DNA of 32,000 nucleotides from Clostridium facile (GTDB lineage: Bacteria > Bacillota > Clostridia > Oscillospirales > Ruminococcaceae): positions 1,033,603 through 1,065,602 of the forward strand of contig NZ_JACOQK010000001.1 of the NCBI RefSeq assembly GCF_014297275.1, read 5' to 3'. Under the pieces are notes generated by a model. That model worked only from the letters and a program-made list of their open reading frames with translations. It did no database searches and was not told where the DNA came from. Positions within the stretch are counted from its first letter, which is position 1. Each line of letters opens with the position of its first letter. A program made the position numbers and the translations under genes. Positions 8,686 through 18,138 of this stretch are shown here, in pieces.

Positions 8686-10710
8686 CTAGCCTGCCTGGTC
8701 GGAAATGGTAAAGACGCTATTTAATCGATTTTTTGGGTCAAACAGGTAATTATACTGCATCATATCATAAGAATCAATCAGGGAAGCATATACAGGGTCG
8801 TTTTTATAATCCTCAAGCCGATAATAGTTATTTTGATTATCCACATAGCCAATGGCGGTGAACACCGGCAACTGTTCCTGAATTCCATCCAGGAACTGAT
8901 TATATTCGGTCTTTTCCAACCCAGCAACATCCAACAACAGATTGGAAAGATAGTTGGCACTCATATGTTCCACCGTTTGTTCTGGGATATCATAATTTGC
9001 CCAGATGTAAAATGGAGTGATAAAACTCCGCATTTGTTCTTCAAAGGTACGCTGATCAAACGGGCCAACTAGAAAATCGTAAAACTCATCTTCCAAAGTA
9101 GGCTGATGGTCACCGAACATTAAAATAATAGTGGGTTCCTCCTGCTGGCTAAAATAGTTCACCAGATATTCAAACGCTTTGTCGGATTCCTGTACCAGAG
9201 TTAAGTACTGCTCCGCTTTTGGGAACTCCTGTCCCTCAGGTTTATTGAGGATTTCCACTGTGTTCTGGAATCCATTGGAGTAATCCAGATATCCCCCATG
9301 GTTCTGCATGGTAACGTTAAACAGGAACAGCCTTTCGTCTGGGTCCTTCTGTTCATACAGGTCGATTACTTTATCATAAGAAGATTTGTCGCTAATGTAT
9401 TCTCGTATGTACTCTGGATTTTCAAAATCCTCCATGCTAACAAAATCCTGGAAGCCCAGCAATGGATATACCCTGTCACGGTTCCAACCCGCCGCATAAT
9501 AAGGATGCACCGCCAAGCTGGTATATCCCTGGTCGTTTAAGGTACTTACCAGAGAATAGGTATCGTCTGTAATATACTGCTGGTATGGCCGACAGCCACT
9601 GGGCAAAAACGCCATGCTGTTCCCGGTTAAAAACTCAAACTCGGAGTTACAGGTCCCACTGCCATGGATGGACATATATAAATTTCCTTTGATGGTATTC
9701 TCGGTGAGATTTGTCAGAAAAGGCATGAGCTCCTGGTTGGTCTGGAAATCCCCCACCTGCCGGAAATCCGCTAGGGATTCATTCATAATTGCGATGATAT
9801 TTGGCTTTTGTTCCATAGAAGTTTCGGACACTTGATAAAAATCCCTGGTATCAATCTGATTGGAAATCGCCTCTACCTGCTGTACTGAATAATCTTCTGG
9901 GGAATCCACCATCAAAAACTGGGTGTTCATCGCCAAGGAAAGCACGATGCCATGGTCATGGGTGGACTGTGCCTGGCGCCAGGTATAGACACTAAGTCCC
10001 AGCTTTGGCAGAGTAGATTCCTGGTAAAAGACGGTGACAAATACAATACTGGCGGAAACAATTGCCACTTTGCCAATGATATTAGCTTTCAAGCTACGGT
10101 TCACATAGGTCAGCTTGGAAGCCACCATATTCCATAGCAACATCAGGCAAGTAGCAAGCAATACATTCCAGGTCATAACAAAAGTGTAGTTAGAAGCAAC
10201 ACTCAGTGCAGTTCCAACCGACATAAAATCCCATGGTAGGATTGGTTCCCCTCGGAAGAGGGTGACCGCATAATTAACAATTGCAAACAGCCAAAACAGA
10301 GTATTAGAAATCCAAATTGTCACCCTTATCCGGTTAGTCAGGGCATAAATGACTCCATATACCAGGTAATACCACAGCAAATTCATGACAAAATTCGCTA
10401 AGTTAAAATCAAAAAAGATATTAACATTGTTGTTGACATATTCAACGATTCCAAACGTTATGATTGGGGAACAGCAAAGCAGCAGGATGCTTACTCTTTT
10501 TTCCCATTTTTCCTCTTGAAACCGGATGCGGAAGGCTGTTACAGCGCCAAACAAACCAGCAACTACCACTGTAAGCAAAAACCATCCAATCTGAAATTGC
10601 TTGCTATCTTGGTCGATAAAAGCGGGGATATTGCACACAATCAAAACCAACAACACCGCTGTTAAAATTGCCGAGATAGTAATCCGTTTTCGATTGGTTG
10701 TAAACTCCAT
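8686..10710 (-). CDS. LTA synthase family (LtaS-like) sulfatase-fold phosphoglycerol transferase
   Basis: A polytopic N-terminal membrane domain is followed by an extracellular sulfatase-like domain. Motifs: NIIAIMNESL, GSGTCNSEFEFLTGNS, HPYYAAGWNRDRVYP, MFGDHQP. A GGAGG RBS precedes the ATG. Confidence 0.85.
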   Translation of the reverse strand: MEFTTNRKRITISAILTAVLLVLIVCNIPAFIDQDSKQFQIGWFLLTVVVAGLFGAVTAFRIRFQEEKWEKRVSILLLCCSPIITFGIVEYVNNNVNIFFDFNLANFVMNLLWYYLVYGVIYALTNRIRVTIWISNTLFWLFAIVNYAVTLFRGEPILPWDFMSVGTALSVASNYTFVMTWNVLLATCLMLLWNMVASKLTYVNRSLKANIIGKVAIVSASIVFVTVFYQESTLPKLGLSVYTWRQAQSTHDHGIVLSLAMNTQFLMVDSPEDYSVQQVEAISNQIDTRDFYQVSETSMEQKPNIIAIMNESLADFRQVGDFQTNQELMPFLTNLTENTIKGNLYMSIHGSGTCNSEFEFLTGNSMAFLPSGCRPYQQYITDDTYSLVSTLNDQGYTSLAVHPYYAAGWNRDRVYPLLGFQDFVSMEDFENPEYIREYISDKSSYDKVIDLYEQKDPDERLFLFNVTMQNHGGYLDYSNGFQNTVEILNKPEGQEFPKAEQYLTLVQESDKAFEYLVNYFSQQEEPTIILMFGDHQPTLEDEFYDFLVGPFDQRTFEEQMRSFITPFYIWANYDIPEQTVEHMSANYLSNLLLDVAGLEKTEYNQFLDGIQEQLPVFTAIGYVDNQNNYYRLEDYKNDPVYASLIDSYDMMQYNYLFDPKNRLNSVFTISDQAG

Positions 10711-11293
10711 ATTGTTTTTTTACCTCCATTTTATATGTGATTGTATTTTATCGTACACTGAAAATCATACCTTTTCGTTCGACAAAAACAGGTACAGATT
10801 CAGCCCATTTTTGGGTTTTTTGGTTGGGAAATAGCAGATACTATACCCATTTTAAGTGTGATGGAAAAAGTATACCATACGAAACGAAAAAAAGAAAGCA
10901 ATTTTCCTATTAATTGGGATTTATGTCAAATTTTCGTCGAATATCAATAAAATCTATGTAAAATCTTCGGGTTAAACTTTGTGTAAAATGCTATATTCAT
11001 TGTTTTGCAATACCACTTACTTCCTCATAATAGAACAATATGAAAAAAATACGGCTAATATGAGCCTGTACCAAAACCCATAACAGCCGTATTTTATTGT
11101 GTGGCTTCTATAATATCCGACACTTTGTTAGCATAAATAAAAACCATTTAAAATAATTTTATTACAAGACATCACAATTTCTTACCGATTATAAGGCTGT
11201 TATGGAATGATACCAAAACAGCCTAATGTATAGAAATAGATAACCCCCTGGTATAGGAAAATAAACAGCTACAACAATGGGATATCATAGACT

Positions 11294-13645
11294 TTATAAT
11301 TTCGTCAGCTTGGCGAAATTCGCCATAATCTTTTTTTTGCCTTTTGTTTGAAAATTGACTTCCAACAGGGTATCATTCCCCATCGGCTGCATGGATTCCA
11401 CAACGCCTTCCCCAAACACGGCATGTTTCACCCGGTCTCCTACAACGAAATTTACCACTGCTTGTTTTGGCTTTTGAGTGGTACCCACATTGCCCAGGTT
11501 AATATGAATGGGACGGGTGGACCGGCGGAATGCCTCAGATGTATGGGTAACTGTTTTATCCTCTGTTGATTTATACTGTTCTGGAATTTCTCCAAGAAAA
11601 CGGGATGGTCTAGCGTAACGGGTATTCCCGAACAGCATCCTCTGAGAGGCGTTAGTGATGTACAGCCACTTTTTGGCACGAGTAATCGCCACATATGCCA
11701 GACGGCGTTCCTCCTCCAGTTCCTCTGGATCGGACATGGACTGAATGCCTGGGAAAATCCCCTCTTCCATCCCCACGATAAACACCACAGGGAACTCCAG
11801 CCCTTTGGCGGAGTGCATTGTCATCATAGTAACCTTGTCCTCCTCACTGTTGTACTGGTCAAGGTCGGTATACAATGCCACTTCTTCTAGGAAGCCGGAG
11901 AGGGTTGCTTCCTCCTCCTGCTCGTCGGTGAATTTAATCAGGTTGGATTTTAATTCCTCAATATTTTCCAGCCTAGTTTCACCCTCTTTGCCCTGACGTT
12001 TGAGTTCATCTCTGTAACCGGTCAGTTCCATTACCTGGTTCAGCAATTCCTGGAGAGGCAGTTCCATTGCCTGTTCCTGCAAGTCCAAAATCATTCCGGC
12101 AAACTGTTTTAACGGAGTGGATTTTTTGGAAAGAGCCGCATAGGTATCCGCCTCTTTCAAGACATCAAACATGGAAATCCCCATACCGTCCGCAATCTCC
12201 TGCACCTTAGCAACCGTGCTGGCTCCTATGCCCCGCTTTGGCTCGTTGATAATTCGCTTTAGGCGAAGATTGTCGCTGGTTTGGTTAATCACACTTAAAT
12301 ACGCCAGGATATCCTTAATTTCTTTGCGGTCGTAGAATTTCATTCCTCCGACAATCCGGTAAGGGATACCTGAACGCACAAAATAATGCTCCAATGCGGA
12401 GGACTGGGCATTCATCCGGTATAAAATCACATGATCATGGTACGCCATACCGTCAATCACGTTTTTGGAAATGGTATCCGCCACAAACTCCGCTTCCGCA
12501 TTCTCGTTGAGCAGCCGCAGAACGTTGATTTTTTCCCCGTCCCCCTGGTCTGTCCAAAGATTTTTTCCTTTCCTTCCCAGGTTATTGGAAATCACCGCAT
12601 TGGCAGCGCTTAAAATATTTTGGGTGGAACGGTAGTTCTGCTCCAGCCGGATAACAACTGCGTTTTGGAACTGGTTCTCAAAGCTCAAAATATTTTCAAT
12701 GGTAGCTCCACGGAATTTATAAATACTCTGATCGTCATCCCCTACTACGCAGAGATTCTGGTGTCCCTGGCTCAACAGACTGACCAAGCGATATTGGGCA
12801 TGGTTGGTATCCTGGTACTCGTCCACTAATATGTAACGGAAACGGTTCTGGTAGTATTCCAATATATCCGGATTTTCTTCCAACAACACTACCGTTAAAC
12901 GGATAATATCGTCAAAATCCAGAGCATTGGAGGATTTTAAGCTGTTCTGATAGAAACGGTAAAGTTTGGCGATCTCTTTTTTCCGGAAATCCCCATAATT
13001 TTGAGCTTCGTATAGCTCTGGAGTCAGCATCTGATCTTTGGCACGGCTGATTTCCCCCAATATTGCTTTTGGCGGATAAATCTTATCATTCAGACCCATC
13101 TGACTCAGGCCATCTTTGATAACCCGAATACTATCGTCCGTATCATAAATGGTAAAGTTTTTCTGGTAGCCCAGACGCTCAATGTCACGGCGCAGGATTC
13201 GCATACATTGGGAGTGGAAGGTTCCCGCATGGATGTCCAGAGCGACATCTCCTAGCATGGCTTCCAAACGCTCTTTTAACTCCCCTGCCGCCTTATTGGT
13301 AAAGGTAATCGCCAGGATATTCCATGGACGTGGACAATCCACCGCAATCAACTGGCGCACCTGTTCTTCATCTACTGATTCACCATCCACTGCCCTCTGC
13401 AACAGATCAATATCCTGCTGGCTCAGATCAAACGGAATTTTTTCTGAAGCATAAGCATCTCCGAATGCCACCATATAAGCAATGCGGTTGACAATAACAG
13501 TGGTTTTTCCGCTGCCTGCTCCTGCCAGGATTAACAAAGGATTTTTTACCGTAAAAATTGCCTGGCGCTGCATCTCGTTCATATGGGAATATTTTTGTTC
13601 CAAATAAGCTCGTTTTAATGGAATAAATTGTTGTTCTAATGTCAT
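11294..13645 (-). CDS. pcrA: ATP-dependent DNA helicase PcrA (UvrD/Rep family)
   Basis: Motifs: Walker A AGAGSGKTTV, ILVDEYQDTN, VGDDDQSIYKFRGA, QNYRST, and a C-terminal Tudor-like tail (VGDRVKHAVFGEGVV). The start is placed at the ATG at 13645 (MTLEQQF...) with GGAGGAG 4 nt upstream. The track extension to 13783 lacks an RBS and adds non-helicase sequence. Confidence 0.92.
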   Translation of the reverse strand: MTLEQQFIPLKRAYLEQKYSHMNEMQRQAIFTVKNPLLILAGAGSGKTTVIVNRIAYMVAFGDAYASEKIPFDLSQQDIDLLQRAVDGESVDEEQVRQLIAVDCPRPWNILAITFTNKAAGELKERLEAMLGDVALDIHAGTFHSQCMRILRRDIERLGYQKNFTIYDTDDSIRVIKDGLSQMGLNDKIYPPKAILGEISRAKDQMLTPELYEAQNYGDFRKKEIAKLYRFYQNSLKSSNALDFDDIIRLTVVLLEENPDILEYYQNRFRYILVDEYQDTNHAQYRLVSLLSQGHQNLCVVGDDDQSIYKFRGATIENILSFENQFQNAVVIRLEQNYRSTQNILSAANAVISNNLGRKGKNLWTDQGDGEKINVLRLLNENAEAEFVADTISKNVIDGMAYHDHVILYRMNAQSSALEHYFVRSGIPYRIVGGMKFYDRKEIKDILAYLSVINQTSDNLRLKRIINEPKRGIGASTVAKVQEIADGMGISMFDVLKEADTYAALSKKSTPLKQFAGMILDLQEQAMELPLQELLNQVMELTGYRDELKRQGKEGETRLENIEELKSNLIKFTDEQEEEATLSGFLEEVALYTDLDQYNSEEDKVTMMTMHSAKGLEFPVVFIVGMEEGIFPGIQSMSDPEELEEERRLAYVAITRAKKWLYITNASQRMLFGNTRYARPSRFLGEIPEQYKSTEDKTVTHTSEAFRRSTRPIHINLGNVGTTQKPKQAVVNFVVGDRVKHAVFGEGVVESMQPMGNDTLLEVNFQTKGKKKIMANFAKLTKL

Positions 13646-14237
13646 AAACTCCTCCAGGGAACAGCCCTTTTTTCTTATTACCAATGGATTATCTGTTTGA
13701 TGATTGTAGTACCGCATTGTTCGTACAGGTAAGTGGTAAAAAGATGAAAATAACGTATTTTTGTGATAGGGAAAGTATGCCACAGTAAAATAAACTTACT
13801 GATAAATCAATATTTGTTGGTGTGATATGTATATAAAAAATCCTACCTATTCTATAATTGTCAGGTTGTATTTGAAACTAGATATTATATTACATCCTCA
13901 TGTGCATCAGTAAAATACTACTTATAGATATAGAGTGCTTGGTTGGTATTTCAAAGAAAACCCTAGTCTATTTTTTACTTATCAAAAAATCCCCAATCAC
14001 TCCTATTTAATATATGCCAAAGTGTCTATACTTGTCCACTGAGCCACATCGTTCATCCCGTTTTGCCAAGCCATCCGGCTGATGTTGTTTGTCTCTACTA
14101 TTTTATTTATTATAACAAAATTCGCAATTTGGTTCAACCAAAAAACAGAAAATAAAAGTGGAGTTTTTTAATTATTTAAAAACAATAACTGCAAGAAAAT
14201 CAGATACTGCTAAACCCCAATGACGATTCCAGTAAAA

Positions 14238-14248
14238 TATGCTACAAT
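14238..14248 (+). promoter_or_regulatory. Extended -10 promoter (TATGcTACAAT) for the metallophosphoesterase gene
   Basis: A TRTGn-TACAAT motif lies about 30 nt upstream of the AAGGAGGAG RBS and ATG at 14279. Confidence 0.45.
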
Positions 14249-14278
14249 GACAGTATCACTACAAAAGGAGGAGATGAA

Positions 14279-14815
14279 ATGATTTATTTTACTGCTGATT
14301 TGCACTTTTACCACGATAAAATCATTACCCACGTGAACCGTCCGTTTCATGACGCCCAGCAGATGAACCAGGCACTAATCCTTAACTGGAACCAACGGGT
14401 TTCCCCTGAGGACGAGGTATATATTTTGGGGGATGTGACCATGAAGGGTTCTATATTGGCGATGGAAGCCCTATCCCAATTAAAAGGAAGAAAATATTTA
14501 ATTCGTGGCAACCACGACGGGTTTGTGGACAGGCCTAGTTTTGACCAGTCCCTGTTTAGTTGGGTGAAAGACTATGCGGAACTGGTGTACTGTAACACCA
14601 GGTTTGTGCTGTTCCACTACCCTATGTTGGAGTGGAATGGTTACTTTGACCAAAGCATCCACCTGCATGGGCACCAACACAACTATGCAGATTATAATTA
14701 CCACAACCTACAGCAGGGAATCCGCCGGTATGATGTCGGTGTGGATGCCAATGGGATGTCCCCTGTCAGCGTAGAGGAAATCCTCTCGTTTTTTTCAAAG
14801 GATTCGATCATTTAA
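14279..14815 (+). CDS. Metallophosphoesterase family protein (calcineurin-like, 178 aa)
   Basis: Motifs in canonical order: DLHFYH, GD(V), GNHD, and HGHQH. Confidence 0.8.
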   Translation: MIYFTADLHFYHDKIITHVNRPFHDAQQMNQALILNWNQRVSPEDEVYILGDVTMKGSILAMEALSQLKGRKYLIRGNHDGFVDRPSFDQSLFSWVKDYAELVYCNTRFVLFHYPMLEWNGYFDQSIHLHGHQHNYADYNYHNLQQGIRRYDVGVDANGMSPVSVEEILSFFSKDSII

Positions 14816-14825
14816 TAGTACAAAA

Positions 14826-14886
14826 TCCCCTCATTCTTTGGATTACCTCAAATTGTGTATCAAATCCAAGAATGAGAGGATTTTAT
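14826..14886 (+). terminator. Intrinsic terminator after the phosphoesterase gene
   Basis: A long imperfect stem of about 18 bp (TCCCCTCATTCTTTGGATT / AATCCAAGAATGAGAGGA) is followed by TTTT. Confidence 0.65.
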
Positions 14887-14989
14887 GCCTCATTTTTATG
14901 TAGTTTCCTTTTTAATCTTAAAGAGAAACCGCAAGAATGGGGCAAGGAGTTTTGGGCTTTTTACTACAACTACTTTCATAAAAAATTCC

Positions 14990-15145
14990 TCACTTTCTAA
15001 CACACAGGATAACGCCGGAAATAATTAGGGCAAACGCCGCCAATACCAACAGGCTCCGTAACGGGGTAATCGTCAAAAATAATAGAAGAATTCCCAGGCC
15101 AATGATAATTGTGCAGGAACAATCCCTCCGCTTCCTTCTCCTCAT
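14990..15145 (-). CDS. Possible small membrane protein (about 51 aa from the internal ATG; MRRRKRRDCSC plus two hydrophobic helices)
   Basis: The ORF-track entry 14990-15190 starts on a TTG with no RBS. The ATG at 15145 has a weak GGTGA upstream. Hydrophobic composition is the only support. Confidence 0.3.
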   Translation of the reverse strand: MRRRKRRDCSCTIIIGLGILLLFLTITPLRSLLVLAAFALIISGVILCVRK

Positions 15146-15212
15146 TTTGGATTCACCGCCGTTTCCCTCTGTTTGTATTATCATACGCAAAAACCAATTT
15201 TTGTGTGACAGC

Positions 15213-15241
15213 TTCTATTCCAACGGTGGGGTACATATAAT
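15213..15241 (+). promoter_or_regulatory. Possible sigma-E-type sporulation promoter upstream of the M23/S2P operon
   Basis: TTCTATT-14 nt-CATATAAT resembles the Bacillus sigma-E consensus (kmATATT-14-CATACAhT). In B. subtilis the spoIVF operon is sigma-E dependent. The match is weak. Confidence 0.25.
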
Positions 15242-15262
15242 CGGGTATGGAGGTGATATTTG

Positions 15263-16171
15263 ATGGAACAACCATGGAACCAAACTTTGCTGGAAGAATC
15301 CCCTCTCCCGCCGGAATCTGAGGATGACTTGAACAATCTACTGCCTTGGGAACCGCCCCAGGAATCCAAAAAGGAAAAATCTGGGTTTGGAGTATTGTCC
15401 ATGCAGTTGGCGATTTGTATTTTAGCGGCCATCATCATATTATTTTGCAAACTGTTTTTTGCGGATGGATACCAGGCAATTGTTGCCGAGTATCAATCCG
15501 CTTTCCAGGCGGACATCCACTGGAGTGAAACCATGGGGCAGGTACAACAGACATTCGGTTCAATTATGGACAAGATGAAGCCCATCCAACGGGAGAAAGA
15601 GGCTTCCTCCCAAGATTCCACCAGTTCGGAGGGAACTTCTTCTGGAGAAGAAAGCTCACAGCCAGCAGAATCTTCCCAGGAAGCAGCTGGAGGGGAACAA
15701 ACACCAGTTTCGGAAACCGCCGTTTCCACCCCGACAGACGCTACCCTACAAACCGTGACTTACCCTGAGCAACTCACTCCCCCTGTAGAAGGCAAACTCA
15801 CTTCCGGCTATGGATTCCGGGCATATCCCCTAAATGGGGAGGCGGATTTTCACAAAGGGATTGACATCGCAGCGGACGAAGGGACAAAAATCAAAGCAGC
15901 TATTGGGGGAACGGTGGAAACTGCCAGCTATTCGGACAGTTATGGAAACTACCTTACCATACAGAACGACCATGGTTTTACCACCTGGTACGCCCACTGC
16001 AAAAAACTGCTGGTATCCGAAGGTGACAAAGTAAAGCAAGGCAAAAAGATTGCACTAGTTGGCTCCACTGGTGATTCTACAGGGGCTCACCTGCATTTTG
16101 CCATGCAAAAAGACGGGATTTGGGTGAATCCATTGGATAGTTTTTCTGAAAATACTTATGCTGCGGTTTAA
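15263..16171 (+). CDS. spoIVFA: M23 (LytM-domain) peptidase with membrane anchor, in the SpoIVFA position
   Basis: One TM helix (LSMQLAICILAAIIILFC), a Ser/Glu-rich linker, then an M23 domain with HKGIDIAA (HxxxD) and GSTGDSTGAHLHFAM (HxH). A GGAGGTGA RBS precedes the ATG at 15263. The gene overlaps the following S2P gene by 14 nt. Confidence 0.7.
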   Translation: MEQPWNQTLLEESPLPPESEDDLNNLLPWEPPQESKKEKSGFGVLSMQLAICILAAIIILFCKLFFADGYQAIVAEYQSAFQADIHWSETMGQVQQTFGSIMDKMKPIQREKEASSQDSTSSEGTSSGEESSQPAESSQEAAGGEQTPVSETAVSTPTDATLQTVTYPEQLTPPVEGKLTSGYGFRAYPLNGEADFHKGIDIAADEGTKIKAAIGGTVETASYSDSYGNYLTIQNDHGFTTWYAHCKKLLVSEGDKVKQGKKIALVGSTGDSTGAHLHFAMQKDGIWVNPLDSFSENTYAAV

Positions 16172-16745
16172 GCTGTTTGGAATTGAGATACGGCTGAACT
16201 TTTTGTTTTTTGCTGTGCTTACTGTGATTTTGTTGACTGACCAGACTGGGATACCTGTATGGGCACTGATTGCTTCCTGCATCCATGAATGCGGCCATAT
16301 GGTGGCGTTTTTCTGTTTTCACCAGACTCCCCGTTTGATCTCGTTTGAATTAGGCGGAATCCGCATGCAAGGCCAGAGAATGGAACAGCTAAAAACTTGG
16401 CAGGAAGCAGTGATTCTTCTGGCGGGCAGCGGGGTGAATTTTCTGGTATCCTTCCTCCATCTGGCAGTGCAACAAAATCTGTTTGCCAGTATTCATTTAC
16501 TGATTGGCTGTTTTAACCTGCTCCCAGTAAAATCCCTGGATGGAGGGAAATTATTGGAATTGCTGTTCCAATGTATCTTCCCGTTCCACCTTGCCTATCG
16601 GTCCGTTCAGATATGCTCCTGGGGATTCTGCCTATTGTTGCTTATTTTTGGAGGATATTTAGCGTATTATTTGAATTTCACCCTGTTGGCATTTGGAATT
16701 TATCTGTTGATTTCTTTGCTGGCAGAACATAGAAAACGGGCATAA
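16158..16745 (+). CDS. spoIVFB: Site-2 (M50) intramembrane metalloprotease, SpoIVFB-like, compact 195-aa form
   Basis: A polytopic membrane protein with HECGH (HExxH) in a TM helix and NLLPVKSLDGG (NxxPxxxLDG), the two S2P signatures. No CBS domain is present. Confidence 0.75.
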   Translation: MLRFKLFGIEIRLNFLFFAVLTVILLTDQTGIPVWALIASCIHECGHMVAFFCFHQTPRLISFELGGIRMQGQRMEQLKTWQEAVILLAGSGVNFLVSFLHLAVQQNLFASIHLLIGCFNLLPVKSLDGGKLLELLFQCIFPFHLAYRSVQICSWGFCLLLLIFGGYLAYYLNFTLLAFGIYLLISLLAEHRKRA

Positions 16746-16749
16746 AAAA

Positions 16750-16786
16750 CACGGTTTCCAACAAATGGATACCGTGTTTTTTATTT
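16750..16786 (+). terminator. Intrinsic terminator of the spoIVF-like operon
   Basis: Stem CACGGTTTCCA / TGGATACCGTG (one mismatch) is followed by TTTTTTATTTT. Confidence 0.75.
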
Positions 16787-16899
16787 TAAGAAGGATATAA
16801 TAAAACTCCAGCTCGCTTATCGGCTTGTCCTTTTAATCCGCATTCCTTATACGGCAACCACAAAATAACAGACCTACATAAGATGAAAATCGAGGAACA

Positions 16900-17669
16900 A
16901 TTTCAATCCACGCTGCCCGTGTGGGCAGCGACGCATAGTAAAAACCTCCTATTAACTTGACTTTGTGTATTTCAATCCACGCTGCCCGTGTGGGCAGCGA
17001 CTTTGTCCCAACGGTTATGCCACTAGGGACACAAAATATTTCAATCCACGCTGCCCGTGTGGGCAGCGACGGTACACATGTTTAGACTGCAAACACGCAT
17101 TGCTATTTCAATCCACGCTGCCCGTGTGGGCAGCGACGGGTTTTATCTTTTTGACGATATTACTATTATATCATTTCAATCCACGCTGCCCGTGTGGGCA
17201 GCGACTTTAAACCTCATTGTATTAAAGATAATGTTAGGATTTCAATCCACGCTGCCCGTGTGGGCAGCGACGTTGGACGAATTGGAAAACAAAAAGGTTC
17301 AGTTGGATTTCAATCCACGCTGCCCGTGTGGGCAGCGACCTCTACGGTTTCCTGCCCGTCATAGTCCATACAATTTCAATCCACGCTGCCCGTGTGGGCA
17401 GCGACCAAAATCATCATGCCTCATGCTTGATATGCCATTATTTCAATCCACGCTGCCCGTGTGGGCAGCGACCTGCCGCTGGTTTTTTGCCATCCAGCAT
17501 GGAATATTTCAATCCACGCTGCCCGTGTGGGCAGCGACTTCTTGCCATGCAACAGTATAGCGGTACAAATATTTCAATCCACGCTGCCCGTGTGGGCAGC
17601 GACTGCTTTTCACTCCATATTATTTTATTCAATTCTATTTCAATCCACGCTGCCCGTGTGGGCAGCGAC
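16900..17669 (-). CRISPR. Type I-C CRISPR array: 12 identical 33-nt repeats and 11 spacers
   Basis: The repeat on the minus (transcribed) strand is GTCGCTGCCCACACGGGCAGCGTGGATTGAAAT, with the I-C signature GTCGC...stem-loop...ATTGAAAT. Repeat starts on the plus strand are 16900, 16969, 17038, 17105, 17173, 17239, 17307, 17373, 17440, 17506, 17571 and 17637. Spacer lengths from trailer to leader are 36, 36, 34, 35, 33, 35, 33, 34, 33, 32 and 33. Orientation follows from the cas genes and the leader on the 17670 side. Confidence 0.98.
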
Positions 17670-17838
17670 CGCAAAATATGGCAATAATGAGAAACTACAA
17701 CCTAGATATTGCGGCAATGTTCTGATAACATCAAAATTACATCGCTTAATTAGGATGTATTTTTGCCATATTCCGCATTTTTTGGTGCGAATACATGGGG
17801 TTTTTATGAGAGCTTATGGTTCGCACCAACCCACAAGC
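17670..17838 (-). promoter_or_regulatory. CRISPR leader (between the cas2 stop and the first repeat)
   Basis: A 169-nt AT-rich non-coding stretch directly abuts the cas2-proximal repeat. It contains a 9-bp inverted repeat TGGTGCGAA (17783-17791) / TTCGCACCA (17820-17828). No convincing -35/-10 pair could be picked by eye. Confidence 0.7.
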
Positions 17839-18129
17839 TTAAATTAAGAGCTCCCCTTCCAGTTCCAGGCTATCTTTCACCCCGTAATGCTCCACTTTTT
17901 TCTGGTACTGTTCTCCTAAATAATAGAAGCGGATGCTGTCCTTTTTCTCGTCAATATGACGGAGGAGCTTTTCTTTTACTTCACGGCTTTTGGCTGCGTC
18001 CATGATACATTCAAATACAGAGTTCTGCACCCGCTGGCCATAATTTTCACATTCTTTTGCCACCTTACGCAGGCGCTTTTTACCCGCTTCTGTTTCGGTG
18101 TTCACATCATAGGTGATTAAAACCAACAT
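17839..18129 (-). CDS. cas2: CRISPR-associated endoribonuclease Cas2
   Basis: 96 aa. MLVLITYDV...RLRKVAKECENYGQRVQNSVFEC is the canonical Cas2 ferredoxin fold. It is the last gene before the leader. Confidence 0.95.
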   Translation of the reverse strand: MLVLITYDVNTETEAGKKRLRKVAKECENYGQRVQNSVFECIMDAAKSREVKEKLLRHIDEKKDSIRFYYLGEQYQKKVEHYGVKDSLELEGELLI

Positions 18130-18138
18130 TGCTTTCCT

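Noticed and set aside
13646-13783. 46-aa N-terminal extension of PcrA in the ORF track (MAYFPYHKNTLFSS...)
   Set aside because: The upstream ATG has no RBS and the extension has no helicase similarity. The ATG at 13645 has a GGAGGAG RBS and gives a canonical PcrA N-terminus.
14036-14051. CCACTGAGCCACATCG, the reverse complement of a tRNA 5' acceptor/D-arm-like GGCTCAGTGG, in the 630-bp non-coding region upstream of pcrA
   Set aside because: Extending in both directions gives no D-stem closure, anticodon arm or T-arm, so it is not a tRNA gene. At best it is a decayed fragment or a coincidence. I could not find a matching direct repeat that would indicate an att site.
16843-16852. TTC followed by CTTATAC, a PAM plus 7-nt match to the pseudo-spacer seed, about 50 nt beyond the trailer end of the array
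   Set aside because: Only 7 nt match and pairing breaks immediately afterwards. No promoter or gene start is evident there. In an AT-rich 32-kb window this is compatible with chance. It is worth a glance only if the mimic RNA is validated.
17783-17828. Leader inverted repeat considered as the cas2 terminator
   Set aside because: On the minus strand the hairpin is followed by an A-run, and on the plus strand the T-run precedes the hairpin. Neither arrangement makes a terminator. It is kept only as a leader structural note.
16965-17847. Four overlapping ORF-track proteins with recurring peptides (FNPRCPCGQR, FQSTLPVWAAT, ISIHAARVGSD), plus one on the minus strand at 17438-17674
   Set aside because: They are translations of the CRISPR repeats in different frames. 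The periodicity equals repeat plus spacer, there are no RBSs, and most starts are GTG inside repeats.
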